Part shown: positions 25,751 to 38,856 of the stretch, in pieces
How the letters are laid out: the number at the start of each line of letters is the position of its first letter
Numbering within the stretch: the first letter of the stretch is position 1
Origin: Squalus acanthias
Lineage: Eukaryota
DNA: 64,000 nt
Assembly (NCBI GenBank): GCA_030390025.1
Contig: CM059431.1
Location: 134,914,001-134,978,000 of the forward strand
Direction of reading: 5' to 3'
Translations under genes and position numbers: made by a program
Notes under the pieces: generated by a model
Database searches by the model: none
Told to the model about the DNA's origin: nothing
Seen by the model: only the letters and a program-made list of their open reading frames with translations

Positions 25751-26150
25751 GCCAAGGGGGGCAGTGGCCATGCTGTTCCCTGACTGCCAGCTCTGAAAAT
25801 TGCCCCCAATATAAGGGCGTATTTAAAAGCTGGAAGGAACACAGACATTGGATCTGTATATAAAAGTAATTCTTGCTTTTTAAATACCAAAAAGAAGCAT
25901 TAAAATTATTGCTGTAAAAACAAGATTTCTGAAGGATCTTTGGCTAATAACTATTTATACTGACATTAATCAACTGCGTCACACTGATGGGTGCAGTAAT
26001 TCTTCCGAGTCACTTTCAACGATGTGAAGGAGCTGAATTAGCATCAGTAAAGATAGTCATTAACCCAGGGTCCTTCAGCAGCCATGTCTTCCTTACAACC
26101 GTGTACGTTTAATTACACTTCATGATCATAAGGATTTTCTTTACAACATT

Positions 26151-26560
26151 GGCCCAGAAATTTCTAGAAAAATAGCAAATTGAGGCGTGCGCCATCATTA
26201 GTTCATATAAAGCCCAGAAATTTGTAGTGAGAAAGAGATATGCCATGAGTTCCGATTCTCCACAAATTGCCGGATGATTTGCACCACGCCACTGATGCCC
26301 ACGACGAAATCGAAAAACTGCAGCCTCACAGTGAGCCTCCCGATTGAAAATAATTGTGTGTCATGAATTTGCTGGATTTACACCATTAAAGCTAACTAAC
26401 CTCGCCGCAGCCTGCTGGTTACTGCTGGTAATCAAGGTCATAAGGACTCTATTAATGACGTAATTTATGGTCCTGTCTTGACACTTAACCTTGGAGGCCC
26501 AGAAAGGGAACTATGAAGCTGTGGTGTCTCACTCCAGCAGGAAGTAAATTGTTTCTCTGT
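26151..26560. repeat. Decayed non-autonomous DNA element related to 28817-32200
   Basis: GGCCCAGAAATTT start; shares blocks (CATTA.TA.TG, GCCCAGAA.GGGAAC) with the 28817 element. Confidence 0.5.
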
Positions 26561-27536
26561 CTTGGCAGTATATTTGTGCTAGTCTTACCATTCACTCTCC
26601 TGTTAGTGCTGAAAGGCAATAATTTTCAGGATGCAAATTAGATAGTTTTCTTTCAGAAAATAATTTTGGTATACAGTATGAGTAATTTGAGACCTGACAT
26701 GGTAGGTGTAGCATGCTTGGGAGGAACAAAGTGGATTAAGACTCATGGTTCCCATAGCTCGCCACACTGAGGATTTTCTCATGTCGTTTCTGGGTCTGTT
26801 GTAGACCAATTGATAGAGATTGATGGCTATGAACAGTCAACAACTCCATTACCATTGCATCATTGCACCAGGATTGTAGAAGGCAAACTAGATGGACCTT
26901 GGTCTTTTCTCGTCTACCAATTCTTATGTTCCTATGAAAGCTGTTCCAATGTCCCCGTCATGATGGATGGGGGCGCTATTTCTATACTTCGTGGGTCAAG
27001 ATTGTTTGTACATTTAGCATCTTCCCATTCACTTATTAATTTCTCAAGGACCAATACAACAATTTCCAAACACAACCGGGTTATACTGTCTCCTTCTTCT
27101 GCTTATTTTTTTACATTTTTTTCTTACTTTTCCTTTGTCTCTTTTTCTCTCTCTTGCTCAATCCACTTTCTTTCTGTCTCTAACTAACTCATTTTCATTG
27201 AAAAATGACAATTTTTTTTAATGCATTGAAATGCATAAATAATAGTAATAATGCTTATATAAGCAGGATATTTAACTTGGTCTGTGATGCAGAACTAGTG
27301 GACACAAGTATAAAATTAACAAGGGTCAAGTTGGAATTGAAATTGGATGAATTTTTCTTCGCTCCCTCCAAATAAGCTGTCAAGTGAACCTACAACCTGT
27401 GTTTTGATTAACAGATTTTATTTGTGCTCTGCAAAATTTTGTATGTAGGCAAATCATGGTAACTTAATTTTAAAATCAGGATCTGCAGAAAGTGTGAAGT
27501 TAAAAGCATACAAAACAGTTTCAAAATTAATCTTAC

Positions 27537-27667
27537 CTTGTCTCCAATAACAAAGGCATTGATGACCACTTTGCATCTAAACTAGCAGTCACACCTTTCC
27601 TGGCTGCTTGAGTGTTGCAAAACCTCAAAATGAGGACAATGAATGGCAGGATCACCATTTTTGGAAA
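27537..27667 (-). CDS. UGGT2: UGGT2-like exon 2: signal peptide and start of mature protein
   Basis: ttttcttttcag acceptor; 131 nt encoding FPKMVILPFIVLILRFCNTQAARKGVTASLDAKWSSMPLLLET(S), then AG|gtaaga donor; hydrophobic stretch plus K.VTA.L.AKW..PLLLE.S matches the UGGT N-terminus. Confidence 0.93.
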
Positions 27668-28059
27668 CTGAAAAGAAAAAAATCTTTAAGTTAATGAGTG
27701 CACTACTCCTACATTATGTTTGTAGCTGGAGGTGAAGTAATACAAAAAAGGATAAGAGAGCCAATGTAAAATAATTAACAAACAGGTAGCAAAAGATTCA
27801 ATTTGTACTGCTTCATCGGCTGTCAAGATGTTTGCATGAAAGCTATTGTTGCAGGATAAGCAATTAATACAATAATGTAACCTTCCTGAGGTAATTGAAA
27901 GCATCTTCACTGTAGATTCTTGTCACTGCAGAGAGATTGCCCCGAAAAATAAAACTGGAAGTGTTTTCCAAGAGGATGTCATTCTTAGAGTAATATTCAA
28001 TGTAAATGCTTTTCCAATAAAATCAGTCTAATTTTCCCCTATGTGTTTGCTAGTTCAAT

Positions 28060-28768
28060 GGGGGAAAAATTCTGTTGATTTGCACCTCCCATTAGGGCCA
28101 TAAGAGGGTGCTAATGAGGCGCAAAGCAACTAGCACCTGGGCGCGGGGCCACTAACGCCTCCTGCGAAATTCAGCAGGAGGTTAGCGGCGGCGGTAACCA
28201 TTAGCGCCCCACGGCGCTGCGCCTCCGGCGATGACGTCATCACCATGCGCAGCACCCCACTCGCGCCCAGGTCGCGATCTTCGGTGGCGCCCCCTGACTT
28301 ACCGCCGGATGCTATGTCCGACAGGCTGAATGGGGCCTACCTGCGGCCGGGACAGCGCAAATTAAAGGGGAGGTGCCGGGCGGCCATTTTTGTTGCTGGC
28401 CACCTGCCAGCACCTGCTCCCGTTGCTGTCCCCGGCTTCCTGTGCAGCCCCCACCACGGGGTGCCGGCTGCCTTCCGTGAGCCCGGCACTTCTCTTGAGT
28501 GCCAAACTCTTTGCTGGCACTCCAATCCCTGGTGGCCCAGCTGGCCCCGGGTCGCGCTGCGCTAGGCTCTTCCCCTTTAATAAAGGGAGGAAGGTCTGCA
28601 GTACCGCGGCGCGACGTGCCGTAGCGCGTGGCGCTGCTGCATATTGCACCGCAATATTCACTCGCATCGCCCCAAGAGGGAGGCGGGGCGCTTCCAGTAA
28701 CACCCTGCCTCCCTCTTGGTGCGCTACCAGTGAATTTCGGGGCGCTGTGCGACCCAATTTTGCCCCCC
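28060..28768. mobile_element. GC/CpG-rich Harbinger-type MITE
   Basis: GGGGGAAAAATT ... AATTTTGCCCCCC; AAT duplicated at 28057-28059 and 28769-28771. Confidence 0.85.
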
Positions 28769-29110
28769 AATATTTTTTAACTTATTATTTATACTGAAAA
28801 AGGATAAGAAACTATCGGGCCACTTTTTGCTGTAAAAGTAATGGTGTGTGAACAACGCACACCATTATTAATGTGCAAATCGGCCAGCAAGTTCAGGGAA
28901 TTAAGAGAAATGCAACGAGTTGCGAATCTCCAGAACTTGGTCAATTTACGCCATTCCATCTTTTGCTTTGCACAAACGGCATCTCTTTCTTAGCCGCCTC
29001 CCTGTTATTTTTAAGAACTTTCTGGATTGGCACATTAATTGCCCATTAAACTCACCACAGGAAGTTAAGTCTGGTTAAAAATTAAGAGTGCAAGTACCTT
29101 TTTAAACAAT

Positions 29111-29784
29111 GGCCCTGAAATAGCGGTCGGTGGCGTAACTAAGGAGTACGCCGCCGACCTCCAAAAGAAATCTGCACTTACCTGGTGCGAGGCCTCCTTC
29201 GAAAATTTGCGTTGTTTTGCTGCGGAGTTGATCGCAGCGTAGTGGCCCACGGATCTCAGGGGCACACTGTGTGTGTAAGTGTACCTGGGATCACGTGGGG
29301 CAGTGCTCCAATCAAGAAACAAAAATCTCCGATGCCCATTCGTGATTTTTTAATCTCACTCACCCCGGTAAATTAATAAATAAATCAGTCTCTCATTCTT
29401 GGTAGAGTTGTGTTGGGATCAGGAGATAGTTAGGTGGATATAGATATTTATTTTGAAGATTTTTTTTAATCAATAACTGGTATATTTCAAGCTGCTGCAT
29501 ATCCCCCCTCCCCTTACGCTGTGCAAACAGGCTCCTGCGCCTATTTGCACCAGCCGTAAAATTTTACTGAGTAATTGCTGGGTAGTTGATAGGCAATTAG
29601 CCCAACTCTGTGCCAGCAATAAGAATTTCACAGTCAGAACGGACGATCTGTCAAGTCGGAACTGAACAGATCACAAGTTCAGAATTTAGCGCATGCGGAA
29701 ACCCCAAACTTGATGTCCATTTCAAAGGCGGTATGATGGCGTACTCTGAGTGTACACGGTCATACCGACCACAAATTCTGCCCC
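29111..29784. mobile_element. Harbinger-type MITE with imperfect ~50-bp TIRs
   Basis: GGCCCTGAAATAGCGGTCGGT ... ACCGACCACAAATTCTGCCCC; AAT duplicated at 29108-29110 and 29785-29787. Confidence 0.82.
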
Positions 29785-30120
29785 AATGTGATCATTGTTA
29801 ATGCAATGCCAAATCAACCTCTCTAGCCCAGAATGGGAACAATTTTAAGCATTCAATTTCATTCCTCAGTGTAGTCAATTGTTGTCACAGATTTTAAAAA
29901 GGTCACACTTGACATTTTAAATTTTTGTTCTTACATTTCGTTTCTATTTTTTCTCTCTATCTTAATCTAATCTTTCTTTCCAGCCACAGTACTGAAACGG
30001 CTCCTATCAAAGTCACAAATAATATCCTAAGTGACTGTAACAAAAGTAAACTATCTCTCCTCGTCCTGATCAACCTGTCGGCAGCCTCTGACACAGTTGA
30101 CCACTCCATCCTCCTCCAAC

Positions 30121-30594
30121 CTGGAGTGTCAGCTGTTGCTCAGTTGGTAGCACACTCGCTTGTGGGTCAGAAGGTTGTGGGTTCAAGTCCCACTCCAGGA
30201 ACTTGAGCACATAAAGCTAGGCTGACACTCCAGTACAGTACTGAGGGAGTGCTGCACTGTCGAGGTGCCATCTTTCGGATGAGACGTTAAATCGAGGCCC
30301 CGTCTGCTCTCTCAGGTGGACGTAAAAGATCCCATGGCACTATTTCAAAGAAGAGCAGGGGAGTTATCCCCGGTGTCCTGGCCAATATTTATCCCTCAAC
30401 CAACATCACTAAAAAAGATTATCTGGTCATTATCACATTGCTGTTTGTGGGAGCTTGCTGTGCGCAAATTGGCTGCCGCGTTTCCTACATTACAACAGTG
30501 ACTCCACTTCAAAAGTACTTCATTGGCTGTAAAGCGCTTTGAGACGTCCGGTGGTCATGAAAGACGCTATATAAATGCAAGTCTTTCTTTCTTT
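30121..30594 (+). mobile_element. Full-length tRNA-derived Deu-domain SINE (SacSINE1-like)
   Basis: A-box GCTCAGTTGG, B-box GGTTCAAGTCC, Deu-like core and L2-like tail with (CTTT)n; L2 host rejoins across it. Confidence 0.88.
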
Positions 30595-30947
30595 AACACC
30601 TCTCCACCGTCGTCCAGCTGGGTGGGACTGCACTCGCCTGGTTCTATTCTTATCTATCTAATCGTAGCCAGAGAATCACTTGCAAGTAGCTTCTCTTCCC
30701 GCTCCCACATTGTTAGCTCTGGTGTCCCCCGAGGATCTATCCTTGGCCCCCTCCTATTTCTCATCTACATGTTGCCCCTCGGCGACACCATCCGAAAACA
30801 CAGCGTCAGTTTCCACATGTACGCTGACGACACCCAGCTCTACCTCACCACCACTTCTCTTGACCCCTCACTGTCTCTAAGTTGTCAGACAGCTTGTCCG
30901 ACATCCAGCAATGGATGAGCAGAAATTTGCTCCAGTTAAATATTGGG

Positions 30948-31148
30948 AACATAAGAACTAGGAGCAGGAGTAGGCCATTCGGCCATTCAATGGCTGATCT
31001 TCTGCCTCAATTCCATTCACCGGCTTTATCGCCATATCCCTTGATGCCCCTACTGGTTAAAAATCTATCGACTTCTGTTTTGAATATACCCAATGACTGA
31101 GCCTCCACATCCCTCTGGGGTAGAGAATTCCAAAGATTCACCACCCTG
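30948..31148 (-). mobile_element. CR1 3' end inserted in L2
   Basis: RVVNLWNSLPQR coding remnant and (TTCTTATG) tail. Confidence 0.8.
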
Positions 31149-32832
31149 AAGACCAAAGCCATTGTCTTCCATCCCCGCCACAGACTCCGCTCCCTAGCCA
31201 CCGACTCTAACCCTCTCCCTACCATCTGTCTGAGGCTGAACCACACTGTACGCAACCTTGGTGTCATATTTGACCATGAAATGAGCTTCCGAGCACATAT
31301 CTACGCCATATAAGACCGCCTATTTCCACCTCCGTAACGTCGTCCATCTCCGCTCCTGCCTCAGCTCAGCTGCGTCTGAAACCCTCATCCATGCCTTTGT
31401 TGCTTCTAGACTTGACTATTCCAATGCACTCCTGGCTGGCTCCCAAATTCTACCCTACATAAACTCGAGGTCATCAAAACTCGGCTGCCCATGTCCTAAC
31501 TCGCACCAAGTCCTGTTCACCCATCACCCCTATGCTCGCTGACCTACATTGGCTCCCAGTGAAGCAGTGACTTGCTTTTAAAATTCTCATCCTTGTTTTC
31601 AAATCCCTCCCTATCTCTAATCTCCTCCAAGCCCACACACCACCCCCCGCCCCGAGATATCGGTGTTCCTCTAATCCTGGACTCATGAGCATCCCCGATT
31701 TTAAAATTGCTCAACCATTGGTGGCCGTGCCTTCAGCTGCCTAGGCCCCAAGCACTGGAATTCCCTCCCTCAACCTCTCCGCCTCTCTTTCCTCCTTTAA
31801 GACGCTCCTTAAAATATACCTCTTTGACCAAGCTTTTGGTCATCTGCCCGAATTTCTCCTCACGTGGCTCGGTATCAAATTTTGTTTGCTAACACTCCTG
31901 TGAAGCACCTTGAGACATTTAACTATGTTAAAGGCACTATATAAATACATGTTGTTTTTTCCCCTCTTTCTTTACCTGATTTGACTCTAATTCACCTTCC
32001 TTCTTCATCGTTCCTTTCTCAATCCTTAAATCTCATTGGTTAAGGAGATACATTGTTGGTCCCACCATGAACTAAGGTCCCAGATGCCCTGTTGTCCTCT
32101 CCACATGGTTATTAGCTCGCTCTTCCAGCAAGTAATGCCGCAAAATATTTGAGCTGAAAGGTGCAGAAAAAAGTCTAAGAGGTGAGATGCCCCGCTCCAG
32201 CAAGATACAGCCCATTCTGCTTAACCTTTTTAACAACACCACCAACAGCCAATGATGAAGCATGGTAATTTGAGAGATTTTGTTTACTGGCTCAGAGAGG
32301 AAAGTGCAAAAGTTTACGTCTAAATATCATGACAAGAAAATGGTAATGTAGGTTATAGTAAAAGGACAAAGAAAAGCTAACAATTTAACAGCTCTGGTGC
32401 CTGTTTAAGCTCTTTTTATCCTGTCACATACACAAAGTAGCACAGAATTGAAATAAAATACGACCAGATAACAATATTATAATCAACAATATTATAGTCA
32501 AAAAATTAACATTTATTTTCCTGTTCCATTCAAAAATATGTATCAGCGCCGTTTAATAATATGACACAATTATACTGCAATTTGAAGCTTCTGGAACACA
32601 CAGGCATTCATTTTGTTGTTATTTTTCCCAACTGCTCAACTTTACTATTGCCCACAGTCATACATACACCTTTATATATTTAAAAAACATTTTCTGTCCA
32701 TCACACGTCTGTTACAGTTAATCAAAACCAAAATTCTACACAAGTTTTCTGTGTCACACTTGCACCTGATTGGCTTGTATACAGGTTTCTTCAACCTCAT
32801 TAGCCTCGAAAAAAGCAAGACAGCAAACCATC

Positions 32833-33527
32833 ACAACAGTAACAACTACTTGTTTTTATGTAGCGCTTTGAACTAGTAAAACAACCCAAGGTTCATCATA
32901 CGAGTGTTATCAGACAAAATTTTACCCTGAGCCACAGAAGGAGCTTTTGGTGACCAAAAGCTTGGTCAATAAGAGGTAGGTTTTAAGGAGCATCTTAAAG
33001 GAAGGGAGAGGTGTTGAGGGAGGGGATTCCAGAGCTTAGGGCCCAGCTGAAGGAGAGTTGTAGGGCTGGAGGAGGTTACAGAGATAGTGAGGGGCGAGGC
33101 CTTGGAGGGATTTGAACACGAGGATGAGAATTTTAAATTCGAGGCGTTGCTGGACCGGGGCACAGGATGATGGGTGAATGGGACTTGGTGCAAGACAGGA
33201 TACGGGCAGCAGAGTTTTGGATCAGCTCAAGTTTAGAGGGTGGATGATGGGAGGCTCGCCAGGATAGCATTGGAATAGTCAAATCTGGAGGTAACAAAAG
33301 CATGGATAAGGGTTTCAGCAGCAGATGTGTGGAGGCCGGGCGGAGATGGTCTTGGTTATGGTGAGGATATGGGTTTGAAAGCTCAACTCAGGGTCAAATA
33401 GGACGCCAAGGTTGTGACTAGTCAGGTTCAGCCTCAGACAGTGGCCAGGAAGGGGGATGGAATTGGTTGCTGGGGAACAGTTTGTGGTGGTGACAATGGC
33501 TTTGGTCCCAATATTTACTTGGAGGAA
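32833..33527 (-). mobile_element. L2 3' fragment
   Basis: Reverse complement of the 31150-31950 and 55072-55874 L2 sequence. Confidence 0.8.
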
Positions 33528-34825
33528 ACATCACCATAAAACATAGGTATGTTTTAAAGATTCATTATTTTACATTTATAAAAAAGTTTATAAACAGGTA
33601 CAAACTGCACTTCCTCCTCAGCATGTTTTTGGGAGTCCCCAATCTGCCTGGCGTGCAGCGCAACCCAGGCCCATATTCAGCCACTTGCTCTCCTCCACCT
33701 GCTCTCTCCAGCTGTGCTACTACTTGAGCTTCTTTTAATTTTATTGACCTCTACATTTTTTTCCTTTTCCCTGAGAATGGTGATTTGTACTTGTCCTCAA
33801 TGTGCGAGACCAGACAATGAGAGTCTTCAGGCCATTTCACCGAGAAAACCACAGCTGAGCCCACTTGCCTTAACCATCACTACCACCACTTCGTGCTCCC
33901 ATACCAACGTGTACTCCTCATGTACATCTCAAACATGTGCCTCACCGCCATGTCACTTCCTACTCCTGTGCATAAGTACAGGCCTCACAATTTTACCATT
34001 TCTTCTGTAGCAGATTTCCACATTTCTTCTACCCTTTAACACGAGCTTTCTCTTCCACATTTTGATCACTATTTTGATGCTCACTCTCGAAGTTGCCAGC
34101 AAGAACCCTCAACTCCCACTCTCCTTCTCAGACAGTTCCTTGACTTTGTGCCTTGCCTACCACCAAGTTCCATCCACAACCTAGAGTCCACTCACCACTT
34201 TCGTCAGCCCCAGACTATCCTCTGTTCCTCCATTCATCTTCTAAAACATGACGGTCTGCAGAGCCATCAAGAAAATGTTCCCATAAATTTCTCATTCCCT
34301 CTCAAAACCTGTCATCTTCCTTTGTTCTTGAATAGACATATTCCTACAATTAGACACCATAGTGATTATTGCACATCTGCATCACACAGGGACATTTTTA
34401 CTTGCAGGAGCGAGTGGGTTTGGGAGCAGGGGTTAAAAGCGCTGAAATTGACAGCAGGTCAGGAAGCTGGCTCCAACCCGCCAACTTCCACAGCGTGTTA
34501 GGCTACGTGAGAGCAACACCCTCGGGAGGGGTGGGTTTTCAATTTCAGTATGTTAAAAGCTCATTAACAGCGATATTAACACGGATTTTGGGATTTTACT
34601 GGGTGCATGGGTTTCCTGGAACTCGCCAGTGAAAACAAGGTGAGAACACAGCGGCAACTGAAAGGGCTGAAGAAATGACAGGCAAATGCTGAAACCTCAC
34701 AGCTGCTTTCTTGCCCAATTATGTGAAAGGCTTTTGCTCACAGTACTTGTGCGGAGAGGTTACTTTCACTACTTTGGATGTTTGTACGTCTGATCGCCAC
34801 TTTGTAGCTATGATCTCAGACCAGC

Positions 34826-35960
34826 ATGGGTGCCACTTATGCGGTTTTACTTTGGACCTCAGATGAGGACCAAGATGACCAACAGCATCAACAGCACCAG
34901 CAGCAGGAGCAGCACCAACCTGCTCCTCACAGACCTGCTGCTCCACAGGAGAGAGGGGATGAGCAGAGAGGTGCAGCTCACAGGAGGCGATACCCGCAAC
35001 ATAGGGTGTACAGGCAGACGTTGAGCTTCCTGGACATGTCGGAACACCAGTGTCACAGGAGGCTCAGGGTCTCGCGTCAGGTGGTGGCAGACATTTGCAG
35101 CCTGCTGGAAGAAGACCTGCTGCCAAGTGGACCTGGTGGCCACGCTTTACCAGTGGCTGTCAAAGTCACCACCGCCCTCAACTTCTTTGCCTCTGGCTCC
35201 TTCCAAGGCTCTGCCAGAGACATTTGCAGGATCTCACAGTTGCCAGCACACAAATGCACAAGACAGGTAACTGATGCCATGCTTGCCAGGGCAGGCAATT
35301 ATGTACACTATGCCACCGATGATACCAGTCAGAATGAGCGAGTGCTTGGGTGGCTTCCCACAGGTGCAGGACATCATCGAATGCATGTGTCAATGAAGGC
35401 ACCCCCAGATCAACCAGGACTATTCATTAAAGTCAAGGGCTTTCACGCCTTTAATGTACAGCTGGTGTGCAACCACAAAAAGATATTTATGTGCGCAAGA
35501 TTCCCAGGCAGCTGCCATCCTGCGCCAGTCCACCCTTCCTGATCTCTTTGCACCTCGAAGCAAACTTACCGGCTGGCTGCTTGGAGACAAGGCATACCCA
35601 CTTAAAATGTGGCTGTTGACACCCATGAGGAACCCAACCAATGAGGCCCAGGAGCGATACAATGAAAGCCTGACAACCAGATGTGTCATTGAGCAAGCAA
35701 TCGGCATGCTGAAGATGCGCTTCAGGTGCCTTGACAGATCTGGAGGTGCCCTTCTAAACACACCAGCCAGGGTATCCAGAATTGTCATGGTGTGCTGCGC
35801 TTTGCACAACATTGCACAGCAGCGAGGTTTGGACCTTTGGGAGGAACAAGGCTCAGAGCAAAGAGCCTTTTCAGAGGAGCAGGAACATGATGCGGCCAAT
35901 GCACCAGCAGCGCCACACATTGCTTCCCGGGATGCCCTCATTATTGAGAGGTTCAGTTTG
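34826..35960 (+). pseudogene. Harbinger (HARBI1-like) DDE transposase, frameshifted
   Basis: [63 protein letters not shown] and CCALHN motifs spread over two frames. Confidence 0.9.
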
Positions 35961-36094
35961 GTTCCACTAGTGCACCCATGTGACAGCCACATGCAATACC
36001 CACTTGCCCCCCTCCTTCCCCCAATACAAAGCAGTCCTGCAAACAACCAAGCACCTCTTTCGCAGCACTCACATTGCTCAGTGTTCATTCTTGT

Positions 36095-36185
36095 CTTATC
36101 TTACATCAGTGAGAAGTCGCACAACACCAGGTTATAGTCCAACAGCTTTATTTGAAATCACAAGCTTTCAGAGCGCTGCTCCATG
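36095..36185 (-). repeat. Penelope-type terminal repeat remnant
   Basis: Minus strand GGAGCAGCGCTCTGAAAGCTTGTGATTTCAAATAAAGCTGTTGGACTATAACCTGGTGTTG. Confidence 0.6.
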
Positions 36186-36354
36186 TCTTACATCACAAGT
36201 GAAAAGGCCACTTGCCAGGCAGCAGCGGAAAATGGGCAAAACGGAAAAGTGGTATAAATAAAAAAGTTTCCATTTCATTTTTGAGCCACATAAATATTAA
36301 TATTGTGTAACACACCCACGAGCACACTCTTGTGAAATTACAAATCTTTACTCT

Positions 36355-38856
36355 TCTGCAGGCAGAGAGGGAATGGGTGACTGCCAGACAGAAGAGGACC
36401 ACCAGGCAGGTAGTGCAGGAGTCCCCTGAGTGCATCTCGCTTGCTAACCAGTATTCAGTTCTGGATACTGCTGAGGGCGATGGTTCCTCTGGGGAGTGCA
36501 GCCAGAGCCAAATCCACGGCACCACGGGTGACTCAGCTGCACAGGTGGGGAGGAAGAAGAGTGGAAGAGCAATAGTGGTAGGGGATTCGATAGTTAGGGG
36601 AATAGACAGGCGTTTCTGCGGCCGCAGACGTGACTCCAGGATGGTATGTTGCCTCCCTGGTGCCAGGGTCAAGGATGTCACTGAATGGCTGCAGGACATT
36701 CTGAGGGGGGAGGGTGAACAGCCAGAGGTCGTGGTCCACATCAGTACCAACGACATAGGTAGAAAGAGGGATGAGGTCCTGCAGGCAGATTTTAGGGAGC
36801 TAGGAAAGAGATTAAAAAGCAGGACCTCAAAGTTAGTAATCTCCGGATTACTCCCGGTGCCACGTGCGAGTGAGTACAGAAACAGGAGGACAGAGCAGAT
36901 GAAGGCGTGGCTGGAGAGATGGTGTAGGAGGGAGGGCTTTACATTCCTGAGGCATTGGGACCGTTTCTGGGGGAGATGGGACCTATACAAACCGGATGGG
37001 TCACACCTCAACAGGACCGGAACCAAATCCTCGCGGGGAGGTTTGCCAGTGCTGTTGGGGACAGTTTAAACTAGCTTGGCAGGGGGATGGGAACCTGAGA
37101 GTGGATTCAGAAGGGAGAGAAGCAAAGCTGGAAATGGAAGGCAGAAAATTAGTAAATGAGTTTGGTAGGCAGAGGAAACAAAGGCTAGAAAATAGACAAC
37201 AAGGGAGTTTGGCAGCGCTAAATGATATATACTTCAACGCAAGGAGTCTAGGGAACAAAGCAGGTGAGCTGAGGGCACAGATAGACACGTGGGAGTATGA
37301 TATTATAGCTATTACTGAGACATGGCTGAAAGAAGGGCAGGAATGGCAGCTCAACATTCCTGGTTACAGGGTTTTCAGACGAGATAGAGAGGGGGATAAA
37401 AAAAAGATGGGGGGGGTTGCAATATTGATTAAAGAATCAATTACAGCTGTGACGAGGGAGGATATCTTAGAAGGATCATCAAATGAGGCCATATGGATTG
37501 AACTGAAAAACTAAAAAGGGGCAATCACACTGCTGGGAGTGTACTGTAAGACCTCCGAACAGTCAGAGGGATATAGAAGAGCAAATATGTAGGCAAATTT
37601 CTGAGACGTGCAAAAATAGGGCAGTAATAGTAAGGGATTTCAGCTTCCCTAATATTAACTGGGATAAAATTAGTGTGAAAGGCATAGAGGGAGCAGAATT
37701 CTTAAAATGCATTCAGGAGAACTTTTTTTGCCAGTACGTAGCAAGCTCAACAAGAGAGGGAGCGGTTCTGGGCTTAGTTTTAGGGAATAAAGCTGGGCAG
37801 GTGGAAAGGGTATCAGTGGGAGAGCATATTGGTGGTAGTGATCATAATTCAGTTAGATTTAGGGTAGTTATGGAAAAGGACAAGGATGGACAAGGAATAA
37901 TAGTTCTCAATTGGGGAAAAGCTAATTTTACTAAGCCGAGAGGTGATTTAGCCAAAGTGGACTGGAAACAGCAACTTGAAGGTAAATCAGTGTCAGAGCA
38001 GTGGGAGGCATTCAAGGAGGAAATAGTGAGGATTCAGAGCAAGTATGTTCCTGAAAGAAAAAGGGTGGGACTAACAAATCTAGAGCTCCCTGGATGTCAA
38101 GGGGCATACAGGGTAGGATAAAGAAAAAAAGGGAAGCTTATGACAGATACCGAGGACTCAATACTGCAGAAAGCCGAGAGGAGTACAGAAAGTGCAGGGG
38201 TCAAATCAAAAAGGAAATTAGGAAAGCAAAGAAAGGGCATGAAAAAATATTGGCAAGTAAAATCAAGGAAAACCCAAAGATGTTTTATAAATACATTAAG
38301 ACCAAGAGAATGACTAAAGTAAGAGTAGGGCCTATTAGGGACCAGAAAGGTAACCTGTGTGTGGAAGCGTAAGACATGGATATGGTTCTTAATGAATACT
38401 TTGCGTCTGTTTTCACAAAAGAGAGGGATGATGCAGACATTGCAATCAGGGAGGAGGAGTGTGAAATATTAGATGAAATAAACATAGTGAAAGAGGAAGT
38501 ATTAAGGGGTTTAGCATCTTTGAAAGTGGATAAATCCCCAGGCCCAGATGAAATGTATCCCAGACTGTTAAGAGAGGAAATAGCAGAGGCTCTGACCATC
38601 ATTTTTCAATCCTCTCTGGCTACAAGTGTGGTGCCAGAGGACTGCTAACGTGGTACCATTGTTTAAAAAGGGAGAAAGGGATAGACCAAGTAATTACAGG
38701 CCGTTCAGCCTAACCTCGGTGGTGGGAAAATTATTGTAAAAAATTCTAAGGGACAGGATAAATCTTCATTTAGAAAGACACGGATTAATCAGGGACAGTC
38801 AGCATGGATTTGTCATGGGAAGGTCGTGTCTGACTAACTTAATTGAATTTTCTGAG
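36355..38856 (+). mobile_element. CR1 LINE with SGNH-esterase ORF1 and broken ORF2
   Basis: IVVGDSIVR, CLPGA, VVVHISTND and DGSHLN motifs, followed by EN and RT fragments. Confidence 0.93.

Larger units (their letters stand above)
29980..31953 (+). mobile_element. L2-clade LINE, ORF2 RT to 3' end, with nested SINE and CR1
   Basis: [30 protein letters not shown] and [10 protein letters not shown] motifs; tail GGCACTATATAAATACATGTTG. Confidence 0.88.
28817..32200. repeat. Old non-autonomous element hosting nested MITE, L2, SINE and CR1 insertions
   Basis: Pieces at 28817-29110, 29788-29975 and about 31960-32200; the first two resemble 26151-26560. Confidence 0.45.

Noticed and set aside
30121..30205. 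tRNA gene
   Set aside because: The A/B boxes run directly into a SINE body and tail; same for the head near 46060-46126.
33540..34380. Possible decayed coding sequence on the minus strand
   Set aside because: Multiple stops and no motif I can assign.
34826..35960. Domesticated HARBI1 or a novel Gln-rich gene
   Set aside because: Frameshifted around the first catalytic Asp, embedded in a transposon with a partner-gene remnant, and present as three decayed paralogues in the window.
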